64,000 bases of DNA, taken from an uncultured Desulfatitalea sp. (lineage in GTDB: Bacteria > Desulfobacterota > Desulfobacteria > Desulfobacterales > Desulfosarcinaceae). The number at the start of each line of letters is the position of its first letter. Position 1 is the stretch's first letter. The translations under genes and the position numbers were made by a program. The stretch is from assembly GCA_963668675.2 (NCBI GenBank), contig CAXXMB010000002.1, positions 1,632,001 through 1,696,000 on the forward strand. Direction: 5' to 3'. This document shows positions 47,518 through 57,886 of this stretch, piece by piece. The notes below the pieces were generated by a model that had not been told where the DNA came from, made no database searches, and saw nothing but the letters and a program-made list of their open reading frames with translations.

Positions 47518-48207
47518 CTACGTTAGGGGCTGCTCTGCTTTGGGCAACTGGTCCAAATACCACTTCATTGGGTCCAGTATCTCGAATCCCAGATCGCGCA
47601 GCTTTTGTTTGACCCGCATGACGTTGTTGGTCAGCAGATAGGTAAAGACGGCCCTTTTGTCCTTCTCAAAATAGCGTGCCACCAGAACGCTTCCACAGGA
47701 GATCTTCTCTTCGGTAATGACATCGACAATGCGCTTCAACTGGCCCACTTTCTCTTCGACCAATATGCACAAAAGGGTACCGGGCTCGCCGATTCCCAGC
47801 ACATTGATAAAGGCCCGCAACAGGTCGCGCACCGAGATGATACCCTTGAGCTTGTTCTCCCGGTCCACTACGGGAAACGCCCCCACACGTTTCTCCTGGA
47901 ACAGCAAGAGCGCATCCTGCAGCGTGTGCTCGGGAGAGATGGTTGCCGGCTTGGCGGTCATGTATTCTTCAACCTTGATGTGGGCATATTTGCTGCGCTC
48001 CTGGGGATCCGCCTTGCCTTTGGCCAGGTTGTAGGGCAGCGCACTTCGAATGTCGCGATCCGTGACGATCCCGACGAGACGGTTGTCGGCATCGATCACG
48101 GGCAGATGGCGAACGTTGTGCTCATTCATCAAGTCCTGGGCCTCCAGCAGCGCCGTCTCTTTGGCCACCGTGATCACCTTTTCCTTCATGGATCGGCTGA
48201 CAAACAT
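47518..48207 (-). CDS. AcuB-like CBS-pair plus ACT domain protein
   Basis: VRHLPV..LVGIVTDRDIR; second CBS (GAFPVV..GIISVRDLL); ACT-like tail. Confidence 0.88.
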   Translation of the reverse strand: MFVSRSMKEKVITVAKETALLEAQDLMNEHNVRHLPVIDADNRLVGIVTDRDIRSALPYNLAKGKADPQERSKYAHIKVEEYMTAKPATISPEHTLQDALLLFQEKRVGAFPVVDRENKLKGIISVRDLLRAFINVLGIGEPGTLLCILVEEKVGQLKRIVDVITEEKISCGSVLVARYFEKDKRAVFTYLLTNNVMRVKQKLRDLGFEILDPMKWYLDQLPKAEQPLT

Positions 48208-48221
48208 CTTCTCTCCTCCTT

Positions 48222-49172
48222 CTATGCTTCGAGCAAAATCCGCACGTGATCGGCCGCCAGCTCGGGTAGACGATCCAGGGCATAGCCGCCCTCCAATACA
48301 GATATCACGCGACCGTTGGAATGGTGCTCGGCCAACTTCATAATCTCACGCATGATCCAGGCGAACCCTTCCGTGGTCAATCGCATGTCCGCCATATCAT
48401 CATCCTTATGGGCATCAAAACCGGTGGAGACAATAATCACCTCGGGCCCAAACGCTTCGAAGGCCGGCAGCATATCCTGCTCGATCATGCTCCGGTACTC
48501 CTCGTCGCTCTGGCCGGGCAACATCGGTGAATTCTTGGTAAACCCATAACCATCGCCGGAACCCACTTCAAATTCACGCCCCGTTCCGGGATAGGCAAAC
48601 GAGGGATGCTGATGAATGGAGTAGTAGAATACAGAAGGATCTTTTTCAAAGATGTGTTGGGTGCCATTTCCGTGGTGCACATCAAAGTCGATGATACCGA
48701 CGTGTTTGATGTTCCACTCCTTCTGCAGATAGCGGGCGAGGATGGCCACATTGTTGAAATAACAAAATCCCATGGCCTCGGCAGTCTCTGCATGGTGACC
48801 CGGCGGGCGAACCGCGCAGAAGGCGTTGTCGAGTTCACCGGCCATGATCATGCGCCCCGTCTCCAAAACACCACCTGCGGCCAGAAAAGCGGTTTCATAG
48901 GTTTCCCGGCACATCTGATTGTCCTCGCAGTCCAACGTGCGATGACCAGACAGGCAAACCTCTTCGAAACGGCGAATGTAAGTTTCAGCATGCACCGCCT
49001 CAACCCATTTCATCTCTGCCGGCCGGGCGTTGATCCGCACCAACTTCGGCAACAGCCCCGCCTCTTCGATCCCTGCATAGATGGCCTGCAGACGTTCCGC
49101 ACGCTCCGGGTGGTAGGGCCCGGTGTCGTGCAGCAGGTATCTCTGGTCATACAGCAAACCTGTTTTTTTCAT
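48222..49172 (-). CDS. Zn-dependent histone-deacetylase-family protein
   Basis: HPE, RPPGHHA, GFCYFNN, DFDVHHGNGTQ, GFDAH..D, LEGGY. Confidence 0.95.
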   Translation of the reverse strand: MKKTGLLYDQRYLLHDTGPYHPERAERLQAIYAGIEEAGLLPKLVRINARPAEMKWVEAVHAETYIRRFEEVCLSGHRTLDCEDNQMCRETYETAFLAAGGVLETGRMIMAGELDNAFCAVRPPGHHAETAEAMGFCYFNNVAILARYLQKEWNIKHVGIIDFDVHHGNGTQHIFEKDPSVFYYSIHQHPSFAYPGTGREFEVGSGDGYGFTKNSPMLPGQSDEEYRSMIEQDMLPAFEAFGPEVIIVSTGFDAHKDDDMADMRLTTEGFAWIMREIMKLAEHHSNGRVISVLEGGYALDRLPELAADHVRILLEA

Positions 49173-49351
49173 TGCCTGCCCCTTGAAGCTTTGCGCTCAC
49201 CCCTCATGCCGCCACAACCTTACCGTATCGGCAGGGGGCTGATCGCACCTTTTGAGTATCCATTAGCGACAACGGGCCATCGGCAAAACCGCTACTGATC
49301 TGTTGCGACCAGAGAAAAAGCGGTCGCATGTTCGTGCCTACCGCTGCCGGT

Positions 49352-50101
49352 TCACGCGAATATTTTGTCGAATATAGCGAAGGCCGCCTTCACCGCAGGA
49401 TTGTCCTGTTCGATATCGATGGTCGGCCGGCCTTTGAGATCGAACGAGTAGACCGTTTCATCATCGGGTACGGTACCGGCAAATTCGAGACCGTCCTCGC
49501 CGATGAGATCCATAATCTCCTTTTCCGGATCGGACTTTACCCGGTTCATCACCAGAAAGCTCTTTTTTACACCGATGTTGAGATCCTGCGCCAGCTTATG
49601 GATGCGCAACCCCGCCTGCAGCCCGCGTCGGGAGGTATCGGTAACGATCAACAGCACGTCCACATTGTGGGTGGTCAATCGGCTGATGTGCTCCATGCCG
49701 GCCTCGTTGTCCATCACCACAAAGTCGTAGTTGCCCACCAGCCGCTCCATCAGATTGGTCAACAGGCTGTTGGCCGCGCAGTAGCAACCGGCTCCCTCGG
49801 GTTGGCCCATCACCACTAGATCGTATCCCTCCTCTTCGGCCACCGACTCTTCGAGCCGCATCTCCATGAAGATGTCTTTGGTCATGCCGGAGGGCACTTT
49901 CCCCTTTTTCATATCTTCACGCGCCTGGCCCAGCGTATCCTTCACCTCCAGACCCAACACCTCATTGAGGTTGGCATTGCAATCGGCATCCACCGCCAGA
50001 ATGGGTGTTTTGCCCTTTGAAACCAGATACTTGATCAACAACCCGGATATGGTGGTTTTCCCCGTACCGCCCTTGCCTGCCAACGCTATTGTAAACGCCA
50101 T
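49352..50101 (-). CDS. cooC: CooC/AcsF-type nickel-insertion ATPase
   Basis: GKGGTGKTT, VDAD, GCYC, DNEAGMEHISR. Confidence 0.9.
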   Translation of the reverse strand: MAFTIALAGKGGTGKTTISGLLIKYLVSKGKTPILAVDADCNANLNEVLGLEVKDTLGQAREDMKKGKVPSGMTKDIFMEMRLEESVAEEEGYDLVVMGQPEGAGCYCAANSLLTNLMERLVGNYDFVVMDNEAGMEHISRLTTHNVDVLLIVTDTSRRGLQAGLRIHKLAQDLNIGVKKSFLVMNRVKSDPEKEIMDLIGEDGLEFAGTVPDDETVYSFDLKGRPTIDIEQDNPAVKAAFAIFDKIFA

Positions 50102-50537
50102 TGTTCTAGAACCTTCCTGTCCATTTGTAACGACCATTGGATATGATCAGATCAACACAATGAGATGTCACACCGGTCTGCATAGACCCTTTTTAAATTC
50201 CACCTCACCTGAACCCGTTTCCATGTCCATACGCAAGGCCCTTCACGCCGGAATGGGCCCAAAAGATGTCACTCTCTTTATATTGGCGCGCGAACACCTA
50301 AAGTTAGGTAAGTTGAAGCCCACAGTCAAGCGCCTTTTAGGCCCCATGGCACAAACGACTCCGAAAATGAGTCATTCGGCAACACGCCTTCACTTTAAAC
50401 TTATCAATTTACACTCTAAACTCCCGGCCAAGCCGGGATACGGCTTGCATTCACCCATCCGCTATGTTACCTATCCTCTATATAAACCATAAGATAACCT
50501 GCCAACAACAATAGCTATTCTTCCCAAGGAGGGTTCC

Positions 50538-50852
50538 ATGTTTGACTTGATCAAAAAGAGCATGCTGACCGGTATCGGTTTGGCATTGAAAACCTGGGAC
50601 GAAGTCGAAGATCTGGTGAACGATCTGCAAAAAAAGGGGGAAATGTCGGAAACCGAGGGGCGCAAATTCCTGGATGATGCCAGAAAGCGCTATGAGGAGA
50701 CCCAGGAAAAGCTGGAGAAACGCATCGAGTCCTCTGTCAAAGATTTTCTAAAGAAAACCCAAATCGTCACCACCGATGAACTCAAAGATCTTAAGAAAGA
50801 GATCCGCGAACTCAAAGGCATTGTCAACAGCCTGACCAAAAAGGATGCGTAG
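50538..50852 (+). CDS. Phasin-family coiled-coil protein
   Basis: LTGIGLA...LQKKGEMSETEGRKF...TTDELKDL; GGAGG SD. Confidence 0.8.
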   Translation: MFDLIKKSMLTGIGLALKTWDEVEDLVNDLQKKGEMSETEGRKFLDDARKRYEETQEKLEKRIESSVKDFLKKTQIVTTDELKDLKKEIRELKGIVNSLTKKDA

Positions 50853-51041
50853 CGCAAGCCGACAAAAACACAAAGGCCGAGATCACTCTACACCCCACGG
50901 CACCATGGCCCGCAGAGTCGCGGGTTGCCCCTCGCCCCTTAATCCCGATGTCAAATGTTCTGAACGGTTGGCTCACACCCAACCGAGATGATGTTTGGCG
51001 CCAGGAAAATTGGTTAAGAACAGTTCCGCGTCTGGAGCCTT

Positions 51042-52739
51042 ATGATCAGCATCCGAAAAATCGGTGTGATTGGACGCACCTACCGGCATCTGAATCGATA
51101 CCGCCAAATATTGGCGGTGCTTTTCAAATACGGGTTCGATGACCTGATCGACACGCTCAAGATCGAACAGTACATCGAAATCGGTTTACAAATGATCTCC
51201 CGCAAGCGGCGGGAGCGCTTGGAAAGACTCACACGTGCCGAGCGTACGCGCATGGCCCTGGAGGAGTTGGGCCCCACCTATATCAAGCTGGGCCAGATCC
51301 TCTCGACCCGCCCCGACCTGGTATCCGTCGATTTTGTCAACGAGTTCAGTAAACTGCAGGACAAGGTGCCGCCATTCAATTTCGACGCCTACGTTCAAAC
51401 CATCGAGTCCGAACTGAATGCCTCTTACGAGCATGTCTTTGCCGAGTTGGATGAGACGCCCCTCGCCTCGGCATCGATCGGGCAGGTACACCGTGCCCGG
51501 CTGCACAATGGCGACGAAGTGGTGGTCAAGGTCCAGCGCCCCGGCATCGAAAAGATCATAGAGGTCGATCTGGAGATCATGCTCCATCTGGCCACCCTGG
51601 CCGAACGGCACATTGAGGAGCTCGCCCTGCATCGGCCGGTTAAGATCGTCGAAGAGTTTGCCAACACCCTCGAAAAGGAGATGGATTATACCCTGGAGGC
51701 GTCGAGCATGGAACGGGTCGCCGGTCAGTTCCTCGGGGCACCGGAGGTCTACGTCCCCAAAGTCTACCGTAACTATTCGACACAGCATATCCTGATCAGC
51801 GAGTATGTCGACGGCATCAAGGTTTCCGATATCGAGCGCCTTGACGCAGCCGGCCTGGACCGTCAGCTGATCACCCAACGGGGTGCGGATATTCTCTTTA
51901 AGCAGATCTTCGGTTTCGGATTCTTTCACGCCGATCCCCATCCGGGCAACATCTTCGTGTTGCCCAATAATGTAATCTGCCTGATCGATTTCGGAATGAC
52001 CGGCGCCGTGGATCGGTCCACGCGCGAAATTTTTGTGCGCCTGGTCAACAACATCATTCGCCGCGACGAGCCGCGCACCGCCGAGGTGCTGCTCAAGCTA
52101 TGCGAGTGGGACGATGAGCCGGACCGTACCCAACTGGAGAAGGATGTGGCCGATTTCGTGGGCCGCCATCTATACCGGCCACTCAATGAAATTCATTTCG
52201 GCAAATTGATGCAGCACCTGCTCGAACTGGCCACAAAGAACCGCATGCGCATTCCACCCGACGCCTTCCTGATGCTCAAGGCGCTCTCCCAGGTGGAAGA
52301 CATCGCCCGGAGACTCTATCCTGACTTTGACATGATACAGGCGGTCACGCCGTTCATCCGCGATGTGAAGGTCGCCCGGCTGGCGCCCAAACGGCTGATG
52401 GATGATTTGGTATACCTGGTCGAACAAGGCTATGAATTTCTCACCGACTTTCCCAAGGATCTGCTGGAGATCAGCCACAGCCTCCGCCAAAAAAAGTTAT
52501 CGTTCACCCTGGTCATCAAGGATCTGGACAAAATGCTGGCCACCCACGACCAGATCAGCAACCGCATCTCGTTCGCCATCATCATCGCGGCCCTGATCAT
52601 CGGCTCGGCCCTCATCGTCATCTCCAGAATGCCGCCCATGTTTTACGGCATCTCGCTCATCGGTCTGATCGGCTTCCTGGCCGCCGGTTTTCTGGGGATC
52701 TGGCTGCTGGTGGCCATCATTAAAAAAGGCCGTCTATAA
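51042..52739 (+). CDS. ubiB: UbiB/AarF/ABC1 atypical kinase
   Basis: LGPTYIKLGQILSTRPD, ASASIGQVH, VVKVQRP, FFHADPHPGN, DFG; two C-terminal TMs. Confidence 0.92.
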   Translation: MISIRKIGVIGRTYRHLNRYRQILAVLFKYGFDDLIDTLKIEQYIEIGLQMISRKRRERLERLTRAERTRMALEELGPTYIKLGQILSTRPDLVSVDFVNEFSKLQDKVPPFNFDAYVQTIESELNASYEHVFAELDETPLASASIGQVHRARLHNGDEVVVKVQRPGIEKIIEVDLEIMLHLATLAERHIEELALHRPVKIVEEFANTLEKEMDYTLEASSMERVAGQFLGAPEVYVPKVYRNYSTQHILISEYVDGIKVSDIERLDAAGLDRQLITQRGADILFKQIFGFGFFHADPHPGNIFVLPNNVICLIDFGMTGAVDRSTREIFVRLVNNIIRRDEPRTAEVLLKLCEWDDEPDRTQLEKDVADFVGRHLYRPLNEIHFGKLMQHLLELATKNRMRIPPDAFLMLKALSQVEDIARRLYPDFDMIQAVTPFIRDVKVARLAPKRLMDDLVYLVEQGYEFLTDFPKDLLEISHSLRQKKLSFTLVIKDLDKMLATHDQISNRISFAIIIAALIIGSALIVISRMPPMFYGISLIGLIGFLAAGFLGIWLLVAIIKKGRL

Positions 52740-53036
52740 GGAACGTTTCGAACACACCTTGACCACGTTGTTGGACCCGCCAAAGCAGTTGGGGCAGCAT
52801 CGCTCATTGCAGGGGTCCTCACACCACTGACCATCCACATAGTACTTGTACTCATACGATCCCGGAAGCAGCATCACGGAGCGAGTCCACACCCCTTGAC
52901 CGTCACGCTTCATGGGATGCTTCTTCAAAGACCAATCATTGAAACTGCCCGCCAGGACAACCTCTCTGGCGCCAGGCGCCTCAAAAGCAAATGTGATCTT
53001 CCTGCGCCCGCTGCTGGTGCCTCCTTTTCCGTTCAT
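52734..53036 (-). CDS. Stand-alone CBM48/glycogen-binding domain protein
   Basis: APGAREVVLAGSFNDW, LLPGSYEYKYYVDGQW..DP. Confidence 0.85.
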   Translation of the reverse strand: MNGKGGTSSGRRKITFAFEAPGAREVVLAGSFNDWSLKKHPMKRDGQGVWTRSVMLLPGSYEYKYYVDGQWCEDPCNERCCPNCFGGSNNVVKVCSKRSL

Positions 53037-53354
53037 TCTATTTCTCCTTGTCCCGATTTCAGGTACTCGCGCGTCTGCCGAAAACAAACTGTTTATTGAT
53101 ACGCAAGAGACATGCCGTTGGACCGAAATCCAACAAACCCATAAATACTTAAATTTATTAATTTATTTATGTAATCAAATGGTATGCATTCGATCGGCAG
53201 GACAATCCTGTGTCAAAATAGCTGTACGGAAGGAAAAAGATTTGACGCACCGGCGGGCGATGTGAATGATGGGTTGACCATAGCGCTTTCCCCCCTTTGG
53301 AAAAGGGGGGCGTTTCGATACCGCTTTCAATTCAAACTTCCGGCAAAGCCGGCC

Positions 53355-55022
53355 CTACACCATGGTATACCCCGGCCCCTCCCCGCCTTCGGGGCAGGTC
53401 CAGGTGATGTTGCCGTAAGGATCCTTGATATCGCACGTCTTGCAGTGGAAGCAATTGGACGGGTTGAGTTTGATATGCGCTTTCCCGCTCTTCTCGTCGA
53501 GTTCCAGTTCATAGACATTGCCGGGGCAGAAGCGGGTACACGGGCTGCCGTACTCTGGATAGCACTGGCTGCTGCACACCTCCGGATCGGGGATGATCAG
53601 ATGGGAAGGCTGATCTTCGCGATGCATGGTTTTGGAGAGATAGACCCCGGTCAGTTTGTCCACATAGAGCTCGCCGTCATATTTTTCGCCAGGCCCTTTG
53701 GCGGAAACCCCCTTAACCATCGGTTTCAGCGTGTCGGCATCGGCCTCCATATCCATGGGATCGACAATGCCGCGGCCGCCGGTCACGTATTGGGCGCCAA
53801 GGTGGACAAACTTGGCGATGCCCTTCTTGGACAGGGCCTGGGCGAAATTGCGACCCTCCCACATCTCGCTCTTGATCCAACTCTGCTCGAACGCCTGCTG
53901 ATAGCCGTCCAACCCCGCAGCTGAGACATCCTCCCTGGCGAGCGCCGCCACCGCCGCCTCGGCGGCCAACATCCCCGACTTCATTCCCACGTGAACGCCT
54001 TTGAGCGCCGGGGTGTTGTGAATTTCGGCACAGCCGCCCACGAGAAGCCCGCCGTCCACGGCCAATTTCGGCATGGTGTAGTAGCCGCCAGTGGCCACGG
54101 TACGCGCGCCCTGTTCGATCACCTTGCCACCCTTGATGATATTCGCCACAAACGGATGGCGTTTGAAGCGGATGAACATCTCATAAGGATCGAGGGCCGG
54201 ATCCTCATAGCAGAGCGCCGTCAGATAGCCGATGCCCAGACGGTTCTGCGACATTTCGTAAATGAAGCCGCCACCCGGCGTACCGAGCCCCAGCGGATAC
54301 CCCATCACGTGTATATCGTTGGCGCTGTTACCGGTGAAGAAGGTGTCGCCCTCGGGCAATTGAATCACCTCTTTGATACCGGTCTCGTAAACGGCGGGCA
54401 GTTTGTCCCGGTAAAGATCCAGCTTCACACCCATGGCTTTGACCAGGCTGCCGCGGGCACCCTCGGCAAACACCGTCACCTTGGCCAGCAGATCGATGCC
54501 GGGCTCGAAGTTGGACTTCTCCTCGCCCTCTTTGCCCAGCCCCTTGTCTCCAGTGCGCACACCGATGACCGTGCGGCCATCGTCTCCGTAGAGAACCTCC
54601 TTTCCGGCGAATCCTGGAAAGATGTTGACCCCCATCTCTTCGGCCACCCCCCCCATCCACTGGGAGACACGAGACAGACTGATGATATAGCACCCCTTGT
54701 TGTGCATATATCGGGGCACCATGGGTATGGCCATCGACTTGGCAGCCGTGAGGTAGTAAAACGCATCGCCACGCACCACCGCCTCCACCGGGCATCCCTT
54801 CTCCATGTGGTCGGGCATCAATTCATTGAGAACGTCAGGCTTCAGAATAGCGCCGCTAACGGCATGGGAGCCGATCTCGGCACCCTTGTCGATCAGTGCC
54901 ACCTCCAACTCCTGACCCTTCTCCTGGGCCAGCTGCATCAGACGAATAGCACTGGCCAACCCCGCAGGTCCGCCGCCGACAATGAGAACATCAAACTCAA
55001 TGGATTCACGTTCGGTTGTCAT
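53355..55022 (-). CDS. Electron transfer flavoprotein:quinone oxidoreductase
   Basis: GGGPAGL FAD motif, EGARGSL, KGVH..MKSG, C-terminal 4Fe-4S (FCPG; CFHCKTCDIKDP). Confidence 0.95.
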   Translation of the reverse strand: MTTERESIEFDVLIVGGGPAGLASAIRLMQLAQEKGQELEVALIDKGAEIGSHAVSGAILKPDVLNELMPDHMEKGCPVEAVVRGDAFYYLTAAKSMAIPMVPRYMHNKGCYIISLSRVSQWMGGVAEEMGVNIFPGFAGKEVLYGDDGRTVIGVRTGDKGLGKEGEEKSNFEPGIDLLAKVTVFAEGARGSLVKAMGVKLDLYRDKLPAVYETGIKEVIQLPEGDTFFTGNSANDIHVMGYPLGLGTPGGGFIYEMSQNRLGIGYLTALCYEDPALDPYEMFIRFKRHPFVANIIKGGKVIEQGARTVATGGYYTMPKLAVDGGLLVGGCAEIHNTPALKGVHVGMKSGMLAAEAAVAALAREDVSAAGLDGYQQAFEQSWIKSEMWEGRNFAQALSKKGIAKFVHLGAQYVTGGRGIVDPMDMEADADTLKPMVKGVSAKGPGEKYDGELYVDKLTGVYLSKTMHREDQPSHLIIPDPEVCSSQCYPEYGSPCTRFCPGNVYELELDEKSGKAHIKLNPSNCFHCKTCDIKDPYGNITWTCPEGGEGPGYTMV

Positions 55023-55240
55023 AAATTGTTTCCCCTGTGGTTGTTTGGATTGTCCCTGCCGGATATCGATGCCAAGGACTCCGCTGCTGCCAGGAATCCG
55101 GAAGGATCCTTGTATGTAGTGTCCGTCGTCAAGCTCCGGACGGGGCTCAGCGATAGCATGAAATACTTTGGATGTAAATATGGCCCGCTCTTGCCTCCCG
55201 ACAGCACATAGGGCAATTGATCACTTTGGTGATCTCACGC

Positions 55241-55269
55241 TTGACACACCCTCCATCACTTTTTAGTAT
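55241..55269 (+). promoter_or_regulatory. Sigma70 promoter
   Basis: TTGACA-N17-TAGTAT. Confidence 0.7.
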
Positions 55270-55276
55270 CTCAGCG

Positions 55277-55422
55277 CTTGAGTTCTGTTCACATTTGGAG
55301 GCGAGTCCAGCGGATGGTCTGCACCTTTACAGCATTGAATGTTGGTGCCGCTGGGCTCGCCGGTTCTTAAATCCCAAAAATTGAATCGGTAATCTTAATT
55401 TTCAACCTCAGATAGAATCAAG
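55277..55422 (+). ncRNA. Candidate structured RNA or 5' leader, family unknown
   Basis: 14-bp stem 55300-55313/55348-55361 plus outer pairing CTTGAGTTCTGT/ATAGAATCAAG; begins just after the promoter. Confidence 0.4.
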
Positions 55423-55435
55423 GTACACGACACGT

Positions 55436-56437
55436 ATGTCAATTGAGACGCAAAAAACCACCCGGGCCCTGGGTCTGTGCTCCGGCGGCCTGGACAGCAT
55501 TCTTTCCGCCCTCGTGCTGCGCAAGCAAGGGATCCATGTGGAGTGGATCACCTTCGAAACACCCTTTTTTACCGCCGAAAAAGCCCAACGGGCGGCGGAT
55601 CAGACAGGCATCCCCCTCCATATCGAAGATATCACCGAAGACTACCTGGAGATGCTCAAGCACCCGCCCGCCGGATTCGGAAAAAACATGAACCCCTGCA
55701 TGGATTGCCACACCATGATGTTCAACAAGGCCGGCCAATTCATGCAGGCCAACGGCTTTGACTTCCTGTTCAGCGGCGAAGTGCGCGGCCAGCGCCCCAT
55801 GTCCCAGAACATCTCCTCCCTGCGTTATGTGGAAAAGCACTCCCAATTCGGGGGCCGCATTCTCAGACCGCTCAGTGCCAAATGCATGCCCGAAACCCCC
55901 ATGGAGCAGCAGGGCTTCGTGGACCGCAGCCAACTGCTCGGCTTGAGCGGACGCTCGCGGAAACCGCAGATGGCCCTGGCAAAAGAGCTCGGCATCCATG
56001 ACTATCCTTCACCAGCCGGTGGATGCCTGTTGACCGACCCGGGCTACTCCCGCCGCCTCAGGGATCTGATCGATCATGGCGCCGAGTTGACCCGCAATGC
56101 ACTGTTCCTGCTGCGCCACGGACGCCACATGCGCCTGGGGCCTGAGACCAAAATCATCGTCGGACGCACCAAACAGGACAACGAACAGATCCTGAAATGG
56201 CGCAATCCGGAAAAAGACACACTCTTAAAGGTCAAAAAATTCGCAGGCCCCGTTGTCATCATGCCTGGCGGCGGTCCCCAGCCCATGCTATTTCTAGCCG
56301 CCTGCATCTGCGCCGGATACAGCAAAGCCCCCGTCTCCGATCCGGCCGGTGTCCTGGTTGAAACCGGCGGCAAATCGGAAAACGTCTCCGCACTGCCGGT
56401 CACCCCAAAGGAGGCAAAGCGGTTTTTAATCACCTAA
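55436..56437 (+). CDS. PP-loop tRNA thiouridylase-like protein (ThiI/MnmA-related) with C-terminal DUF814-like domain
   Basis: SGGLDS, NPCMDCH, GEVRGQRPMSQ, PAGGCLLT, IVGR..DNE. Confidence 0.85.
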   Translation: MSIETQKTTRALGLCSGGLDSILSALVLRKQGIHVEWITFETPFFTAEKAQRAADQTGIPLHIEDITEDYLEMLKHPPAGFGKNMNPCMDCHTMMFNKAGQFMQANGFDFLFSGEVRGQRPMSQNISSLRYVEKHSQFGGRILRPLSAKCMPETPMEQQGFVDRSQLLGLSGRSRKPQMALAKELGIHDYPSPAGGCLLTDPGYSRRLRDLIDHGAELTRNALFLLRHGRHMRLGPETKIIVGRTKQDNEQILKWRNPEKDTLLKVKKFAGPVVIMPGGGPQPMLFLAACICAGYSKAPVSDPAGVLVETGGKSENVSALPVTPKEAKRFLIT

Positions 56438-56489
56438 TTCTACCGGAGAGACACGCCCCGTTCTCTTTGAAACATTGCGCCGGAACGGG

Positions 56490-56517
56490 GTAGGGGAACG
56501 ATGTATCGTGCCCCTGC
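56490..56517. repeat. GTAG-type REP palindrome
   Basis: GTAGGGGAACGATGTATCGTGCCCCTGC. Confidence 0.7.
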
Positions 56518-56591
56518 GTGGCCACAAGCCTTAGGCGCGTTAAAAGTGTGAATCAACGATTTGAAAATTGAAAGGAAAGGGGATGCCTACC

Positions 56592-57353
56592 ATGAAACTG
56601 AAAGAGAAAGTCGCCATCGTCACCGGTGCCAGCAAAGGCATCGGCAAAGCCATCGCCGAAGCATACGCCCGTGAAGGCGCCAGCGTGGTTCTGGCAAGCC
56701 GCTCCACAGACCTGCTCGGCGCCATCGAAAAAGAGATCGGCGCCCAAGGCGGAAAGGCCATGGCGCTTCCGGTGGACGTTACCAGCGCCGAGAGCGTCAA
56801 CGCCATGGTCGACCGGACCATGGACGCCTATGGCCGCCTCGACATCCTGGTCAACAATGCCGGCATCTCCATGGCCCACCCGTCGGAAGAGCTGCCGGCC
56901 GAAGCGTGGCAGCGCGCCATGGAGACGAACCTCTCCGGCACCTTCTATGGCTGCCAGGCCGCCGCCAGGGTCATGATCCCCCAGGGGGGCGGATGCATCA
57001 TCAACATCTCCTCGATTTATGGGATGGTGGCGGCGCCGGGCCGGGTCGCCTACTGCGCAACCAAAGCCGCCGCCAATATGCTCACCAAGGTGCTGGCCGT
57101 GGAGTGGGGCGACAAGCAGATCCGCGTCAATGCCATCGCTCCGGGCTATACGCGCACCGAGTTGGTACAAGGGGTCATCGATAAAGGGATGATCGCCTTG
57201 GACGCCATCGAGAAACGCACCCCGCTAGGTCGAATCGGAGAGGTCGGGGACATGACCGGCCTGGCCGTCTACATGGCCAGCGACGAAGCGGCCTACCTGA
57301 CCGGCAGCATCGTAAATGTCGACGGCGGGTGGGTCGCCAACGGGTACTTGTAG
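56592..57353 (+). CDS. Short-chain dehydrogenase/reductase
   Basis: TGASKGIG, NNAG, YCATK, VDGG. Confidence 0.95.
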   Translation: MKLKEKVAIVTGASKGIGKAIAEAYAREGASVVLASRSTDLLGAIEKEIGAQGGKAMALPVDVTSAESVNAMVDRTMDAYGRLDILVNNAGISMAHPSEELPAEAWQRAMETNLSGTFYGCQAAARVMIPQGGGCIINISSIYGMVAAPGRVAYCATKAAANMLTKVLAVEWGDKQIRVNAIAPGYTRTELVQGVIDKGMIALDAIEKRTPLGRIGEVGDMTGLAVYMASDEAAYLTGSIVNVDGGWVANGYL

Positions 57354-57619
57354 CGAACCACCGAGTGCCCCCTAAGCGAAATCCGTTTCGCTCTGGCATT
57401 GGAAAAGGTATGGCGCTCACTGGCAAGGCGCTTGTCGGGCATTTCAAATCGCAGGTCTACCCTCCCCTCCAGAACCACCCACAGGTGCATGGCCGGCTCT
57501 CCCTCGGCAAAAAGCTGGTCGCCTTGCCGATACGCCAATGCCCCACAGTATGGTTCGAGCTTGATGAGCTGCCGCTGGGACAATCCCTGAAACGCCTCGA
57601 TATTGGATAGAATGGACAA
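57354..57619 (-). pseudogene. Truncated cyclic-nucleotide-binding domain
   Basis: LSNIEAFQGLS...YRQGDQLFAEGEPAMHLWVVLEGRV, then the frame degrades and runs into the convergent SDR gene. Confidence 0.6.
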
Positions 57620-57886
57620 GGCCTCGTTCAGGTGTCAAAGAGTGGTCAAGCTTCGTGCGGAGAGACGAGGTGGCTGCATTTCATATGCAACCGGGTATCT
57701 TTTAAAGAGACGTAAAACGCATTGGGGCGATGAATCGTGCAGATCGGTTGACTGAAAGTTGAAACCGATGCCAATCATGTTGCTCAATTGGAGGGGGCGT
57801 TTAATCCTTTGCAGTGGTTGATATAAAATTCTACCCGAATTGATTCCGACAAGTCAACATTTTCAAAGCGCTACCGGCCCTGAATT

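Noticed and set aside
55277..55422. Firm 6S or SRP RNA call
   Set aside because: No SRP GGAA-loop motif seen, and length and gene context are not convincing for 6S; kept only as an unnamed candidate
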